A stretch of DNA of 64,000 nt, the filler included, from Choristocarpus tenellus KU-1152 (Eukaryota; Protista; Phaeophyceae): NCBI GenBank assembly GCA_964200185.2. It is 14 parts of 14 records of this genome, joined end to end, with 100 filler letters (N's around TTAATTAATTAA, not from the genome) between each part and the next. Parts side by side here need not be neighbours in the genome. Positions count along the whole stretch, not along the records: positions 36,673 to 39,456 come from CAXNAD020024793.1; positions 39,557 to 46,791 come from CAXNAD020006492.1; positions 46,892 to 51,543 come from CAXNAD020013629.1; 11 more parts are not named here. The stretch is one strand, 5' to 3'. Below are positions 37,613 through 50,410 of this stretch, one piece after another. Within the stretch, counting starts at the first letter, position 1. Each line of letters opens with the position of its first letter. The position numbers and the translations under genes were made by a program. The notes below the pieces were generated by a model. It did no database searches and had not been told where the DNA came from. It worked only from the letters and a program-made list of their open reading frames with translations.

Positions 37613-38627
37613 GCTGACGGTGAGAGTGTGATTAAAAAGTACAGGAGGCGTTTGTGCCTTCCATGGGCCGTGGATGTGTGACCAATAGTGGACGTGTAAA
37701 CTGCCCTGAGAAGTGTGTGTGTGTGCGTTTGCATCAGTACCAATGCGAAAACCCTAACCCTAAATATTGATTCGACAGTTACATAATTGCCTTTCAAGAC
37801 AATGTGGAAATGAGCGATCCACTGCGATCTGGGGGATGGTCCACATTAACAGTGGTCATGATGACAGTGGTAGTGGTAGTAGTAGTAATGGTAGTAGTAG
37901 TAGTAGTAGTGTCATTTTTGCTGTACAGATGTGGTAACCTAGTTCTGCCTGTTCTCTGACCTGTGAATTGAACCTGTATGTTAGCAAGTGATGCTGTGTA
38001 TCTTGTGGAATCGGAAGTTCGAACACTGCTGCAATGCATCTTGCGGGGGGGGTTGATACTGTTATTTTGCTTACTATTGTATCTGGTTGGGGGGGGAGGG
38101 GGGGGTCATTCTGTTCTGGTTCTTTTTTGTATGGCATGTTGTCTCTCTGACCACGGAAGATGTTGGATGTTGTGCGATTTTGATTTGTTTATTTTTTACT
38201 GCCTGGTGGTGAGGTTTGGTCTTTTCTGGTGGTGTTGCCTGTGTTTATTCAATTCCGATTGGCTGATGTCAGTGTGCAGGGATGACAACTTTGTTTTCTG
38301 TGCAGATTTTTTTTTAATTAATAGCGTTTGGTTTGTCGTAAGGTAATATTTTGTGCTGTTTATACTGTACCCCAGTGACTGGCTCTTTACGTGGGTGGAT
38401 GTGTCATTGAGTAATCAGCATGTTGTGCGTGTTTCTTGGAGGTTTTGGTAGTGGAGGGGGCGTGGCGTGGTGTGCTGGGCAAGCGGATGAGCAAATGATC
38501 AGCATGCTGACACCTGACATCTTTGTTGCCCATGGGTTTTGAGGAGATATAACTTCTGTGTGAAATATATGTATGTACATGTTATTTTCATAATATGAAT
38601 GATAATAATACACGATGTTCCCTGTAG

Positions 38628-39456
38628 GTGGGTCCCGAAGCTGGCAGATGGCGTTGCATTCGCCCTGGAGCATTCAAATGTGGTGTTCAAGCAAGAGGAA
38701 ACCTGGATGGCTGTAGCCAAGGAGCTCGAGGTGACCCCCCTCACCCCTGCCTTTGCCCCTGCCTTTGCCCCTGTTCCACTGTTTACTATACTGTACTATT
38801 CTTCCCTGCTATTATGTTGTTAGTGCTGTCAAGCCTCTGAGAAAATGTCCTGTGGCTTGTGACTTGGAATCAAATCTATGTGGAATGTAACTGTCATCAA
38901 AATACGTCCAATGTGCCATTGTGTACCGTGGGGGTACATTCCATCCCGTAATTTCGCGGTATTTTGTTCTCAAACTTGTCTTGATTCAGCAACGCCTTGG
39001 GTCGGAGATCCTGGAATCGCCTTCCTGTGAACTCCCAGGCTCATTTAAGGAGGCGTTACAGTGGGCTAGGGATAGCGGGGGCGACTGGGGTGTGGCTGGA
39101 AGAGGAAGAGATTTAGACAGTGCCTGTTTTGATGGAGTTGGCTATGAGAGCTCTAAGGATGGTGGTGATAAGGAAGTGGCAGAGCCATTGCCTGCCGTGG
39201 TCGAGGAACCAAAAAAAGAGGAGGGTGAAGGGGGGGTGGAGAGTGAGGGATTGAGTGACCTGGGTGTAGAAGTTCCAAAAAAGACTGTTGCACCAACAAA
39301 CCGTCCACGGTGGAAACCGACAATGAAAAAGCCTGGGAAGGGGAAGGGGAAGGCAGGGGGGGGGGGTACGAAGAGTGAGGAGGGGGGAGGGGAGGAGGGG
39401 GAAGAGGAGGAGAAAGTTTACCAAGCTAGAGTCAAAGAGGAGGCAGAAGACCATTT
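38628..39456 (+). CDS. Unidentified protein, exons 38628-38730 and 38990->39456 (acidic/Gly/Lys-rich)
   Basis: Phase-compatible AG/GT boundaries; WVPKLADGVAFALEHSNVVFKQEETWMAVAKELE/QRLGSEILESP... Confidence 0.6.
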
Positions 39457-39629
39457 NNNNNNNNNNNNNNNNNNNNNNNNNNNNNNNNNNNNNNNNNNNN
39501 TTAATTAATTAANNNNNNNNNNNNNNNNNNNNNNNNNNNNNNNNNNNNNNNNNNNNGGTGTCTGCATTTCCTAATCTACTCCACCGATGGTGTCTATAGT
39601 GTATCAGCAGCACTATCTACGAACATTAC

Positions 39630-42600
39630 CCACCTTGTCCGTCCGTGACATGTGGATAGTTGGCACGCCACCAATGAAGCTGGCATTCAGCACCTCAAAG
39701 TGTTCAGTGACAAAGACGATCTCATCTCCAGCACTGAACATCCCTCCGTAGCTGGAGTGGTGTCTGGCCTTCCATTGGATCGTGTCCTTGCGGTGGACAG
39801 TGAACGGCTAGAAATCTATAATATTTTACTCCGATGGCGGCGTCCGCACAATACATATGTTCCCCTCGGTGAGCTGTCTCTTCTTCCTGGACAGCTGACT
39901 TCTCAGATACATATCACCTGTTCCCGCTTCAGTAGAAAATCCGAGTCTATTTGCTTAATTGGGGGCATGTGGATTGGTTGTCACCTGCATTGGGCGAGGT
40001 TGCCGATAGAACAGTTTGTGCAGTAGCACGACAGTTCGGTGTATACCAATGTACGGGAGACGCCGGGTGTGAGCTGACCAGTGAAGAACCTGTGCATGGA
40101 CTTGATTCCACTGAGGTTCGGAACACGTGGGTCGTGTCGTCCCGCACGGTCGATCTTGTAAGACAGAAGGTGGACTATCTCCTGTGTGCGGAACGTGTCG
40201 ATGTGTAGAAGTTTCGTGTGCGTGTGTTACTGTGCTGTTTGCCATCGCCCAATTGCAAGACGGCATGGACTTTGTGCGGTCGCTTGACGACCACGCTATG
40301 AGCGATCGTGCTATGACTCGTGTTGTCGGCACGAAGGGAAGGCACGGATGTGACATAATTTGTGGACCAAATCTGTTGTTGCCTTGGTGGAATATATGCA
40401 CTAGCAAGGGTGTCGTGGGTGCAGAGTGTCGCGAGTTGCAAACAGGTATCAATTGTTGTGATTGGGGAAAATCATACACGTGAGAGGGTGATATCTGTCC
40501 AAGCAGCGTACGCAGTATATGTGTCCGACATTGTAACGTGAAAGAGCAAACAAAACCTTGGAGTTTAGTGTTGGTTTACCGATTGGCAGACTCATTCTAA
40601 ATCAAGGTCGGTGGATGCAAGTGTGCACGGACGCTGTGTGGTTTGGGAAGAAATGTGTGTGTGTATTTATCATGTGGTCTATGGTGTCAATGCGAGGGAA
40701 GGTGTGGATTTGACATAATGGGTCAACGATGTGTATTGCATGTTTAGTGTATGATTTATGAAGGAGCGGGAGGGTGCAGATCGATGCGAGTGGCAAGGAT
40801 GGATCAGGTCCAGGGAGGCGGGGAGAATCGTGTATGTAGTGTATGTGGTATGTGGTCCTCTTACAAGCGATGGGTATATTGTCGACGTTGGCGCTGGGAA
40901 GAAAGAGGAAGTCGTAATTTTTGCGCGAGTTTACCAATTGGCAGACTTCTAGGAGAAAAGGCGGTGATGGTTGTAGGTGTGTATGGACAACCTGTGCAGT
41001 CATTTAATAACTGCAGATTGTGTTATCTTGACGCTACGCGTCGTGTTGATGTGAAGGGAGTGACGGGTGTGACATAAGTTCCAACGATATATATGGTGTG
41101 TGTTTGTTATATACGTGGGCGAGGGGTGTACATGTCGGGGTTATTGCCATCAGTGGCAAACAGAGGCGGAATTTGTGGGTAGGGGGGGGAGGAGGGTCGT
41201 CGTGTGGAGTATGCCTACCTTTTTGACGATTGTCTGCCTGGGAGAAAACTTTTGACCTTTGCGATAGTGCCCCTCTTCCTCTGGTGTTGGATCCCTCAAT
41301 GTGTACTGAGTTTTGGTTGCCTCGATAGTATCCACTAGAGATGAGGTTCCCGGCATGCGCACTCCGTGTATTTCCAGTCTCCTGGCGGCAGACTTCACCA
41401 CAGCCCCGACACCATCGGACAAGGACTTGCCGTGACATGAGGCAAAGAAGTTGTGTACCACGGAAATTCCCATCCGCGCTAAAGACTGTGAAACCCATCA
41501 CATCTGCCATCTGTTCTTGAATTGGCTCCCGCAGCTATCAGACCAGATGTGCAGGACCTCTAGAGTCTGTCCGTATTCACTGGCTAGAGGTATTAGGCGG
41601 TCCTTCACAAGCATCTCCACGGCATTCTGGACGAACTCGTTGTCCTGGCTTCGGTCTTCACTGCACACCGTCATGCTGTGAGCCCAAACCCTTCCATTCC
41701 CGAGATTTCCCTTTTCTCGGAAATCCGTCAACCACCAGACAATGGTCAGAAGCGCCGCAAGGAATAGGTTTAAAACTCTTGTTGCATCAAGTCCTGGTGG
41801 TTGTGTTGCAGGTGGGCGCTGAAGTCCATGGACATGGCGGCATGTCCTTTGGGGAGGCAGACTTTGCAGTGCTTGTGTTGTTGGGCCTGCCAAATGGTGG
41901 TGTTGTGATGAAGGAAGAAGCTTTTCTCGAAGTTTGCAAATATTACTTTTAGGAGTGTGGGGAATCCCTCTGTCCTGGGGAACAGCACCTGCATGGAACG
42001 GGCGAGGTGGTCACGTAACGGGAGTTGTTGCTGGTGGTCATAGGTCGTGGTGATTCGGACTGAGTTCTCTGGTGTAACCGATTATGTATGGTGCTATGGG
42101 AGGGAGTATCTGCTCGTTGTTTGACCAATACACCGTGTGTGAGACACATGTAATGTACAGCGTAACTATTATTGGAATGAAAATATCGCTATCACCTTTC
42201 GCCTCCGACAGTGTTTGTCCGTGGGCCCTGTGGTGTCTTCGTCGTTGTTATTCTCGGTTCTGTTCCTCCTGGGGTCGGATCAAATCGTCCGTCATGAGAT
42301 TGTCCGCCCTCAGCCCCGCATATTTTTCGGTGATCGACTTGATCATGTCGTCTTTGGTGGTCTCGCTTGGGGCGGCGATGCCAAGTCTAGATGACAGCGC
42401 TTGTGTGGCAGTGTAGCCGGGTCTCTCTCTCTATATATATAGCTTTATTGCAGCATGGATGTGTGGTCTGGATGTTTACACCGGGGTCTGGTCGACACAT
42501 TGCGTAGGTTGCTGCGTCGGTCCTGTACCCGCCGTGAGGGTGGAACCGGACAGGTTCGTCTTCAAAGCTTAATTGGTTGGTGAGTGTTTGAATAAGGCCC

Positions 42601-45600
42601 ACCTTTAATTCCTGTCAAGTCTTTGTTGCAGATCCGCCTCTACAATCGGGGTGTATGCGTGGATGAACTCATTCCATTTGACACGGGTGCTGTGAGAGTC
42701 CAACATACAAGGGCACTTCCACATGGGATGAAATTTCTAGTTGCATAGGTAACATGTACTGTCCACCCATGAATTTTTGAAACCACTTAAGGAACCGTCA
42801 GAGGACTGTTCGCTGAGGGGTTCCAGCACGGTCCTGTCGCATCTGTTTTGTTTTGATCAGTCCATGAGCGGTTTTTGTTGTCAGTGTGTGGATGTTTGAG
42901 TAGCGGATGGAACGTCACTAGTGGAGTCTGGCTGTGACTGCAGTACATATGTAGAGTATGTAGTGAAATGGTTTGGGCGTGTGTACGTTGGTGTATGTAT
43001 CTTTAGTGGTCTCATTATATTGGATACCATTACAACTTGTCGCGATAACACATTCACCACGTCAAGGATGTGGTTTGGAAGACAAGCTTACAAGAGGAAG
43101 GCCATTAGATGAGCACCACTTTCGAGTGCGGTCTCCACTTCTTTAGACCCGCATCCTTTGCCTTTGTCGCAGAATTCGCATATGCATGCGCAAGCACGTT
43201 GTCCATCATCACGAAAGCTCATTCTCGCATGTACTTTCTTCCAGTTCTCTCTTAGGCACTGAACCTAGAAGTCGGTGGCCATATGGTGGATGCAAACGCA
43301 TGATCTGTATTTTGCGTGGGAGAGTGGAGGGAGGAATGCGGTCGGTGGGTTATCCTCCCTTATGTGTGGATACTGATGATGCAGTACGTGACAGGCTATC
43401 CTGTGGCGGTTAGGAAACGTAGAGTTGCCTGGTCGCCACTGTAGCGTGTACCCCAAATTACGAGATACTATTTCCGCACATACCTTGGCGTGGCCTTTGA
43501 AATGTAGAACAGTCTCCACTTCACGAATGTTGACAGACAGGGTACTGGCCCTAAGGTCCCCTCCTGTTCGAATCTCTCTTTGAAGTTGGCATAGACATCC
43601 TCATCTGTCCCAATCTGAGATCTGTTGTGACGTCTGTTGCACCATGTGTACGTAGTGTATGTCACAGTTTTGTTGGAGGGTCAACATGTTACACAGTGAT
43701 TAATCCATGACTTGTCGAGGGTGGATACGTGAAATATTTGTGAGGATGACACTCGCTCGTGGTGAGTACCTCTGAGCGTGCTGTTGGCGCAGTGCATCCG
43801 GATGGCAAACTCTCTTGTTTGTATGCGGGTCTAAGTAGTGCATTCCCTGGGTGGGATCATGAGATGTGACCGGATCGTGGGGCATGGCGGTGCTGTTGCT
43901 CTCCCACATGGTGATACCCAGAATATGTGTATCAGGATGCTGTACATGTAATTGTCGTGAGGAGTTGTCCCTTCTCACGCAGTACACCCTTGGTCTTCCA
44001 TTTTGTGCGAGTAACGATGGGAGATATGGGGTGTGTGTCGGTTGTGCAGCAGAATATGAGAGATCATCCGGGCATCCCTGTTAGTAATGAAACGGTTTCT
44101 ACATATACAGTGGATGTGTTCGCCCGGGGGGGACGTTTTTTGTGTCACACTGTTGGTGGTTGCGGGAAACGAACTTCCATACCTGTGGGCGGTGCCTTGA
44201 GCAAAGTTGTGAGCGGCGTGTATGTTCGAGCTGAGAGAGAAGCCCCCAGCGTCATCTGCAGCCGATTCGGATGGGCTCGCCTGTCGTGCATGTCTCGCAA
44301 GAATTCCGTGCGTTTTTCGGTGGATGACCTTAGTGTGTCAATCTGATGTCGTACGTTTTGCTGTGACAGACAGAAGTGGTTGAAACGTTGATGTCACCCC
44401 GTCATCGCCTATTTCGACATCAGGAGCAAAGCCGACGAGGACGGATTTGTACACCTGGTGCGTATGCTCGGTGCTAATATATTTCTTTACACATTGGAGG
44501 AATATGTAAACCTGGAGATCAGTCGTTGACTTGCGGTGTTCCCGACCCAACGCAACTCGCAGCGCACTTGCCAACGGTGCAAATCTGCTCTTCTCATCCA
44601 ACAACCAAGAGGAAAGGTCGTTCCAAGTGCGGCCGCTTCCTTCCATCTCTTCTGAGCCATGGTGGTTGACAAACATGAAGAGGAAGAGAGGTCCATTATC
44701 TGGTCCGTTTGGGATTTCTTCCACGAACGGGCGGCACTGGTCTTGGGCAGTCTCTTTTAGTCCCCGTCTCCTGAGTGGGATCCAAAGGAGGTCACGATGT
44801 AAGTTGGGTGGGTTTGTTTCCTTTGACACTAGTGATCGTTCCTCATCATGCGAACATAAGTAATACTGCATCTTTCTTCGGGGAAAGGTGCTCGCGCATA
44901 ATGTTTGGTCACGAGGTGCTCCACGGAAAAGGGCCGTGGTGGATGACACCCCACTTCGAAAGCATGGAGAAGGGTGTGTTTGACGCATCAACAACCAAAA
45001 CTGCCCCGATTAGATTGTCCTGCAAATTTGTGCGTCGCATATGCTATCAATCGCGAGCCACATGCAAAAGGTTATCAAAAAGTACGATGAAGCATATAGG
45101 ACGAAGTGACTGGGGGTAGTTTGTCAAACGGTACAAAGTGTGTTTTGGTACGAAATCCTGTTGGGAAGCACTTGACAGGTGCATGGTGGGTGTCGCCCCT
45201 GACACCATTAGGTCATGTATGTATCACAATTGACGTGTTCTGATGAACGGTAAACTAATGTGTACAATGGATTTTGAGGAAGCAATACTGAACGTTACAT
45301 GTGATGTAGGTCAACACATAGCCCCACATGCGCATACCATCGTATGCGCCCCTTGCTCTATGGGGGATATGAGATAGCGATTGAGTTTTGTGGTGAGTCC
45401 AGGACGATGGTTTAGGGGGGTGTGGCTCGAAAACGTTGGTATGTTGACCGCAGCAACTTCGCCACACTTTGTCGTGGAAAAACGTTCATCAAGAATGACA
45501 TGATGTGTGTGACTTGAAATAGGTTTGTATGTGGACAGCCGCAATGTTTGCTGTGCTTTGACGAACGGTAAAGTACGACAAAGTATGATATGAGGCGAGC

Positions 45601-46250
45601 AGATGAAGGAAGGGCGAAACTTGATTCGGTACTATTTCATTAACGTGCAAGGGTGAGAGAGAGTGTCAGGGTTGGGGCATAGGGTTAGTGATCGGAAACG
45701 GAGACTGTGAGGAATATCTTTTGGTTCCGATAGGTATCGGAACGCGGATATGGGAGCACATGAACTTCGTCGATAGGTTTCGTTCTGTTCTTTATGGGAG
45801 GAGGTGTGCATCACCAGCTTGGAACTACGGCAGAACCAGTGAATACCACGTCTCTCGAATTTCGATGCAAATGTGTGATTTCGGAAGAGTATGGTGACCA
45901 TATGCTTCGCTATGCGTATTCTTCAAGCCCTAATCCCCCATTGAGGCAATTACAGAACGCACAGGCCACATTGGAATGTGTCTCGCTGCAACCAGACGTG
46001 ATCTTGCCTTTGGGATGTCCTGGGGTCTACCCCTCCGAAGTCCACGATTTCAGTCCCGTTGTTAGAGAGATCCCCTAGTGGCTGGCGGGTCGTCATCGCA
46101 CATCTGTGGTTCGACGGATGTGGTCCCCTTTAACAACCGCGATGACGATTTCTCAATATTGTCCAGGCCCGTTGCTTTGTTGTCGACAGAGTGAGGTAGT
46201 GTGGGGTCTGTCGCATATGTGGATTGGCGAAAGTTTTTCTTTGTTTTGTG
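39630..46250 (-). mobile_element. Large degenerate Sola2-type DNA transposon (DDD transposase relic plus upstream ORF relics)
   Basis: Catalytic motifs in order on the minus strand: AMSMDFS (~41830), LHIWSDSCGSQFKNR (~41540) and HNFFASCHGKSLSDGVGAVVK (~41430). Many stops and frameshifts. The upstream extent is approximate and the subgroup assignment is from memory of motifs. Confidence 0.75.
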
Positions 46251-46775
46251 CAATATATTATAATACTAGGCAAAGTGTAGATGTACGTTTTTGTTCCAAT
46301 GTAGACTAAAGAACCGTGAATCTATGCAAAAGAAGATGCCAACTCTAAGTTTTCACCCTTTCGCACTAATGAAGAATTGGCGCGCGTGAAGAGTTATATA
46401 TATATACATACATATATACACGTTCATATTTTTTGTTCCATTTCAACATGATCGTCATGCATAGAAGTTTCAAGACATATGTCAAGATTGCAAAATCCTG
46501 TTTATTAAATATCCGTTATTGTCTCCGAGAAAAAGGAACACCCCAACTGGCCTCTTTGTAACCGCAAAATACATACTATTATATAATAAGGGTAGAACAT
46601 TCCATAAAGGCGGTTCTTATAGTACAGACAATGGTTCGGTTGCTGCTATACAACCGAAAAAAGAAGAGATTAACAGGACCATACCCTCTTGGTCAAGAGA
46701 GGATATGCGTGTATCCCTTGTATGACAATCGTGCTCGTTTGTGGCTATCCCTGTGCGCCGTACGTTACGCTGGAT

Positions 46776-46791
46776 AGCTCAAAGTATCTGG
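46776..46791. mobile_element. MITE family A terminus (contig end)
   Basis: AGCTCAAAGTATCTGG. Confidence 0.7.
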
Positions 46792-46953
46792 NNNNNNNNN
46801 NNNNNNNNNNNNNNNNNNNNNNNNNNNNNNNNNNNTTAATTAATTAANNNNNNNNNNNNNNNNNNNNNNNNNNNNNNNNNNNNNNNNNNNNGGGTGCTGG
46901 TGAGGGGCAGGGGGGGGGGAGGGTAGGTGTAGGTCAACCCCAAACACACTCAG

Positions 46954-47251
46954 AAAGAGTGCAGGCTCAAAGGAACACAGAGGCGGAAGCAGAGAGAGCA
47001 ACAGCTGCTGCACAGTTCCTCTTGACTTGGTTGCAACAGGGATCTGCTGCAGATAGTGAGGGTTCAAGGGAGAGTCGGGTAATGGCATTGAAGGACCTGA
47101 TGCTGGGTGGCACTGGTGATGGTGGTATGGTCAGGATTGGGAACAGGGTTCAGATTCCAATGTTCAAGGTTGCAGGCTCTTTGCCATCTTCACAGCCTTT
47201 TAGGCTGTGTATGGGAGCATTGTCAAGGTCTTCTGCGCTGTATGTGTTGAG
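46954..47251 (+). CDS. Probable internal exon of an unidentified protein
   Basis: CAG acceptor, open frame (RVQAQRNTEAEAERATAAAQFLLTWLQQG...LYVLR) and GTGAG donor. Confidence 0.5.
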
Positions 47252-49916
47252 GTGAGAATGTAGGGTAGAACAAGGATGGTGGAGATGTAGGGAAAGTGGT
47301 ATTTTTTTTGTTGTCCTTGTTCCAGGTTTAGTTCCATCTGTAGGTAGATATGCCAATGCAGTCAAGGGGATGCATCACATATAGTAAAATCTGCTGTCAA
47401 TGGTAGAACATGTACATGCTCCAGGTTTGTTTGCTGTTGAGACATAGATAGTATTCTATTTTTTGTAATGTGTACCGCAAGGAACTCTCTCTTACCTGAT
47501 GAGTCGTGAGTCATGAGTCATCTGATCTCAGCTGAAATGTCCTCAACAATGAGCGAGGTAAGGAGCAGTTTGTACTGGAGTGTGCTTGTTCTGTGCTTGG
47601 ATCTGGAGATGAGTTTGATGTTGACAATTTCGTCAATTACAAGACACTTTCCACGTTGCCTCTCTCTTGGTCACAAGTACAATTGGTTTATTATATTACA
47701 TGTGTGGAAAAACTGGGGGTGTATGTTGTATTACTGACTTTCTGCATTCCAACGGTTGTCCAACTATGAATATGGAGGTGGATGATCAATTCTTGGTGAA
47801 GATATTCAGCATGCCAACTAGCCTTGATTTTTTATGCGGTGACAGTATGATAGAGGGGCTAATTGTGTTTTGTCTTATTTTGGTGGCGACTGCATTGGCT
47901 GTGATCGTGCCCCTCTATGCCCTGGTCATCACTTATCTTCCTACTATGTCATATGTACTTATTCAAGTGATATTAGAGAGCTCATCCTTGGTGACAAGGT
48001 TTGATTTGTTCATTGTACTGGTGCTGGTAATGCTGCTGCAACTGGAAGGCAGAAAACTACTGCTTCATCAGGGGGATTGCACTTTTAAAATGAGTTATCG
48101 GAATGACACCACCAACAAAGACAGAATGAGTTGAGATATGGGATGCATAGGATGGACTGTGTCTGTGTTGCTTTTGGTGGGTGATTTGGTGTTGTTTTCA
48201 CAGGGTAATGTTCTACTGCTAGTGTTATGCCAGACTTTTCTCAGCCACCCTCTACAAATATCTTACCCATGGCTGTGAAGCCTATGTTGCTATTGTTTGT
48301 TTTAACTGAAAGTCTAAACTCATCTTGCAGCCTTTTCTATGAAATTACCAAACCATTTTTCCAGTTCCTAGGAGCAAACAAAAGGTTGATATTTTTAAAC
48401 TACTCCTCTGTACATGCTGTGTGCTGTTTATTATTATTATTATTATTATTGTTATTATTGTTGTTGTTATTGCTACTACTATTGGTGTTTTATATCATGC
48501 CCCAGAGAGGGGAATGACAACTCTGACCAACACAATGGTATGTGTTGTGAGCGTGTCATTGTTCTGCTACAGTAACACCTACATCCTACATCCTACATCC
48601 ATGTTGAGCAAATTGTTGTGTATCCCTCCCTGCTCTTCCAACTGTAAGGTTGTTTGCCGAAGTTGACAAAGCAGCATTACATGACCTCTGTGTATGGATG
48701 GAAACTAAAGCTTCCATGGGGCAATTATCAGGGGCGGGGCTGATTGCTCTAGCCCATGGAGTATCTCTCGGAGGAGTAGGAGGGAGGAGGGGTCAACATG
48801 GAGGAGGGCAGGTGACAAGCAAATAGCTATTTTACTGCATGTTTTCCCTTTCACTCCTGCTGGTATGATTGGGGGGGGAGGGCACAAGCACTATACTCAA
48901 TTCAGATTTGCTTTGAGTTCTGAATGTTTGATGTTGCTCAGCAGTCAAGGTTATCTGGCCGTGGGAATTGCTTATGAAAGAATGTGGTGTATGAGGCCAG
49001 TTAAATAGTTTTTTTACAAGAAATTACTTTGTGCTGCAAATTGGGCAAAGTTTGTTGTTGGTGGATCTTGGTGTCAAAATATTTACCACTACTACATTAT
49101 ACTGGTTGAAATGGACAAACATCAATCCTTTGTTGTATCCCTCGGTGCTCAACATATCCATGAATTGTTTGTTCATCCAGTGGAACTGTTGCGCTATGTA
49201 TCATGTATGCACCAAGGGTGTGTGGGAGCACCTTGGTGTTTACAGCTGGAGGGGGGGGGATGAGAGCACCTAGCGATTGCTTTATCAGCATATCTTCAGT
49301 TGCTTCAAATGGTTAGTTCTAGATGTATCAGGTATTGAACATAATCCTTAGTCTGCAGTATGACCCTCTGAATGTGACTACCACTCCCTTACAACCTGTC
49401 CAAACACATTCCAGGTGTTGCCAGGTGGAGGTGAGGGTCATGATGGAGAACTCTTATCAAGGATCTTTAGGTGCCTCTTTGGTGCATTGCTGTGGCCAGT
49501 AACTACCAGTGCATTTATCCGTTTGGAGGTGGGATCCCCTGTGCCCTGATGAAGGTATTAAACACAGTATATCATTTCATTAGCCAAAAATATAGCATCA
49601 CAATTATTTTCAAGGTAGATATGATGGCTGCACTTGTGGTCATAGATATAGCTTGTGCTTTGCATGTAGTATACCAATAGCAGTAAACCAAGAGTTCATT
49701 ATTCAGCTGCTGATTGAATTAAGAGTCAATTTATCAAGTGCAGGGTTTGGTATGTAGTATTTTCAATAGGCGTTACTGACAGTATTAGTATATTAGTATA
49801 TTAGTATGTGCAGTTGTATTTCTTAATTGTACAAAACGCTGCTGGTGCTTTACGTTGAATATTTTGAACCAGTGTGCAGCTGTTCCTTTAGTCCTTTATA
49901 TAGGTTTGGTGTAGGT

Positions 49917-49942
49917 GTAGGGTTAGGGTTAGGGTTAGGGTT
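49917..49942 (+). repeat. Interstitial telomeric repeat (TTAGGG)x~4
   Basis: GTAGGGTTAGGGTTAGGGTTAGGGTT. Confidence 0.8.
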
Positions 49943-50374
49943 GATATTCAAGGGGCTTTCACCTACTACAGTGTGATGGGTGGGTGTAGTAGGAAGATTG
50001 TAGTTGTTCTAAATGGCATGCTCACTTGCTAACAAGACAAGCAGACAAATCTGTGTGCCCTGATCCGCACCCACAGTCTTTTGAAGAACAGTGTGCGTAC
50101 ATCTAACCCCAGCTATGTCTTGCTTTGATATTTCTTGCTGTTGAGGCAAGGCTCTGGCAAGGCATGCAGGGCCCAAGACTGCAGCACTCCTTCCACAACT
50201 TGTGAAGGGGGGCTCATTGCCAGCATTCAAGGGACGCCTTGCTAAACAGCTTGTTACCTTTGGGAATGGGAGCGTTGTAGAGGTGATTGATGTTCATATC
50301 ACCTTTTGTAATGCTGCCTGGTACCCATATCTGATTGTCCTTTTTGTGATTGAGCTTGATCCCATGATGTTGTA

Positions 50375-50410
50375 GGTATGGTATGGTATGGTATGGTATG
50401 GTATGGTATG
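50375..50410. repeat. (GGTAT)n microsatellite
   Basis: Seen directly. Other SSRs lie at ~3471 (GAT), ~15202 (TGGTTG), ~31508 (TC/TG), ~37870 (TAG) and ~48428 (TTA/TTG). Confidence 0.9.

Noticed and set aside
47667-48666. Hydrophobic ORFs suggesting membrane proteins
   Set aside because: They derive from T-rich intronic sequence and TTA/TTG microsatellites.
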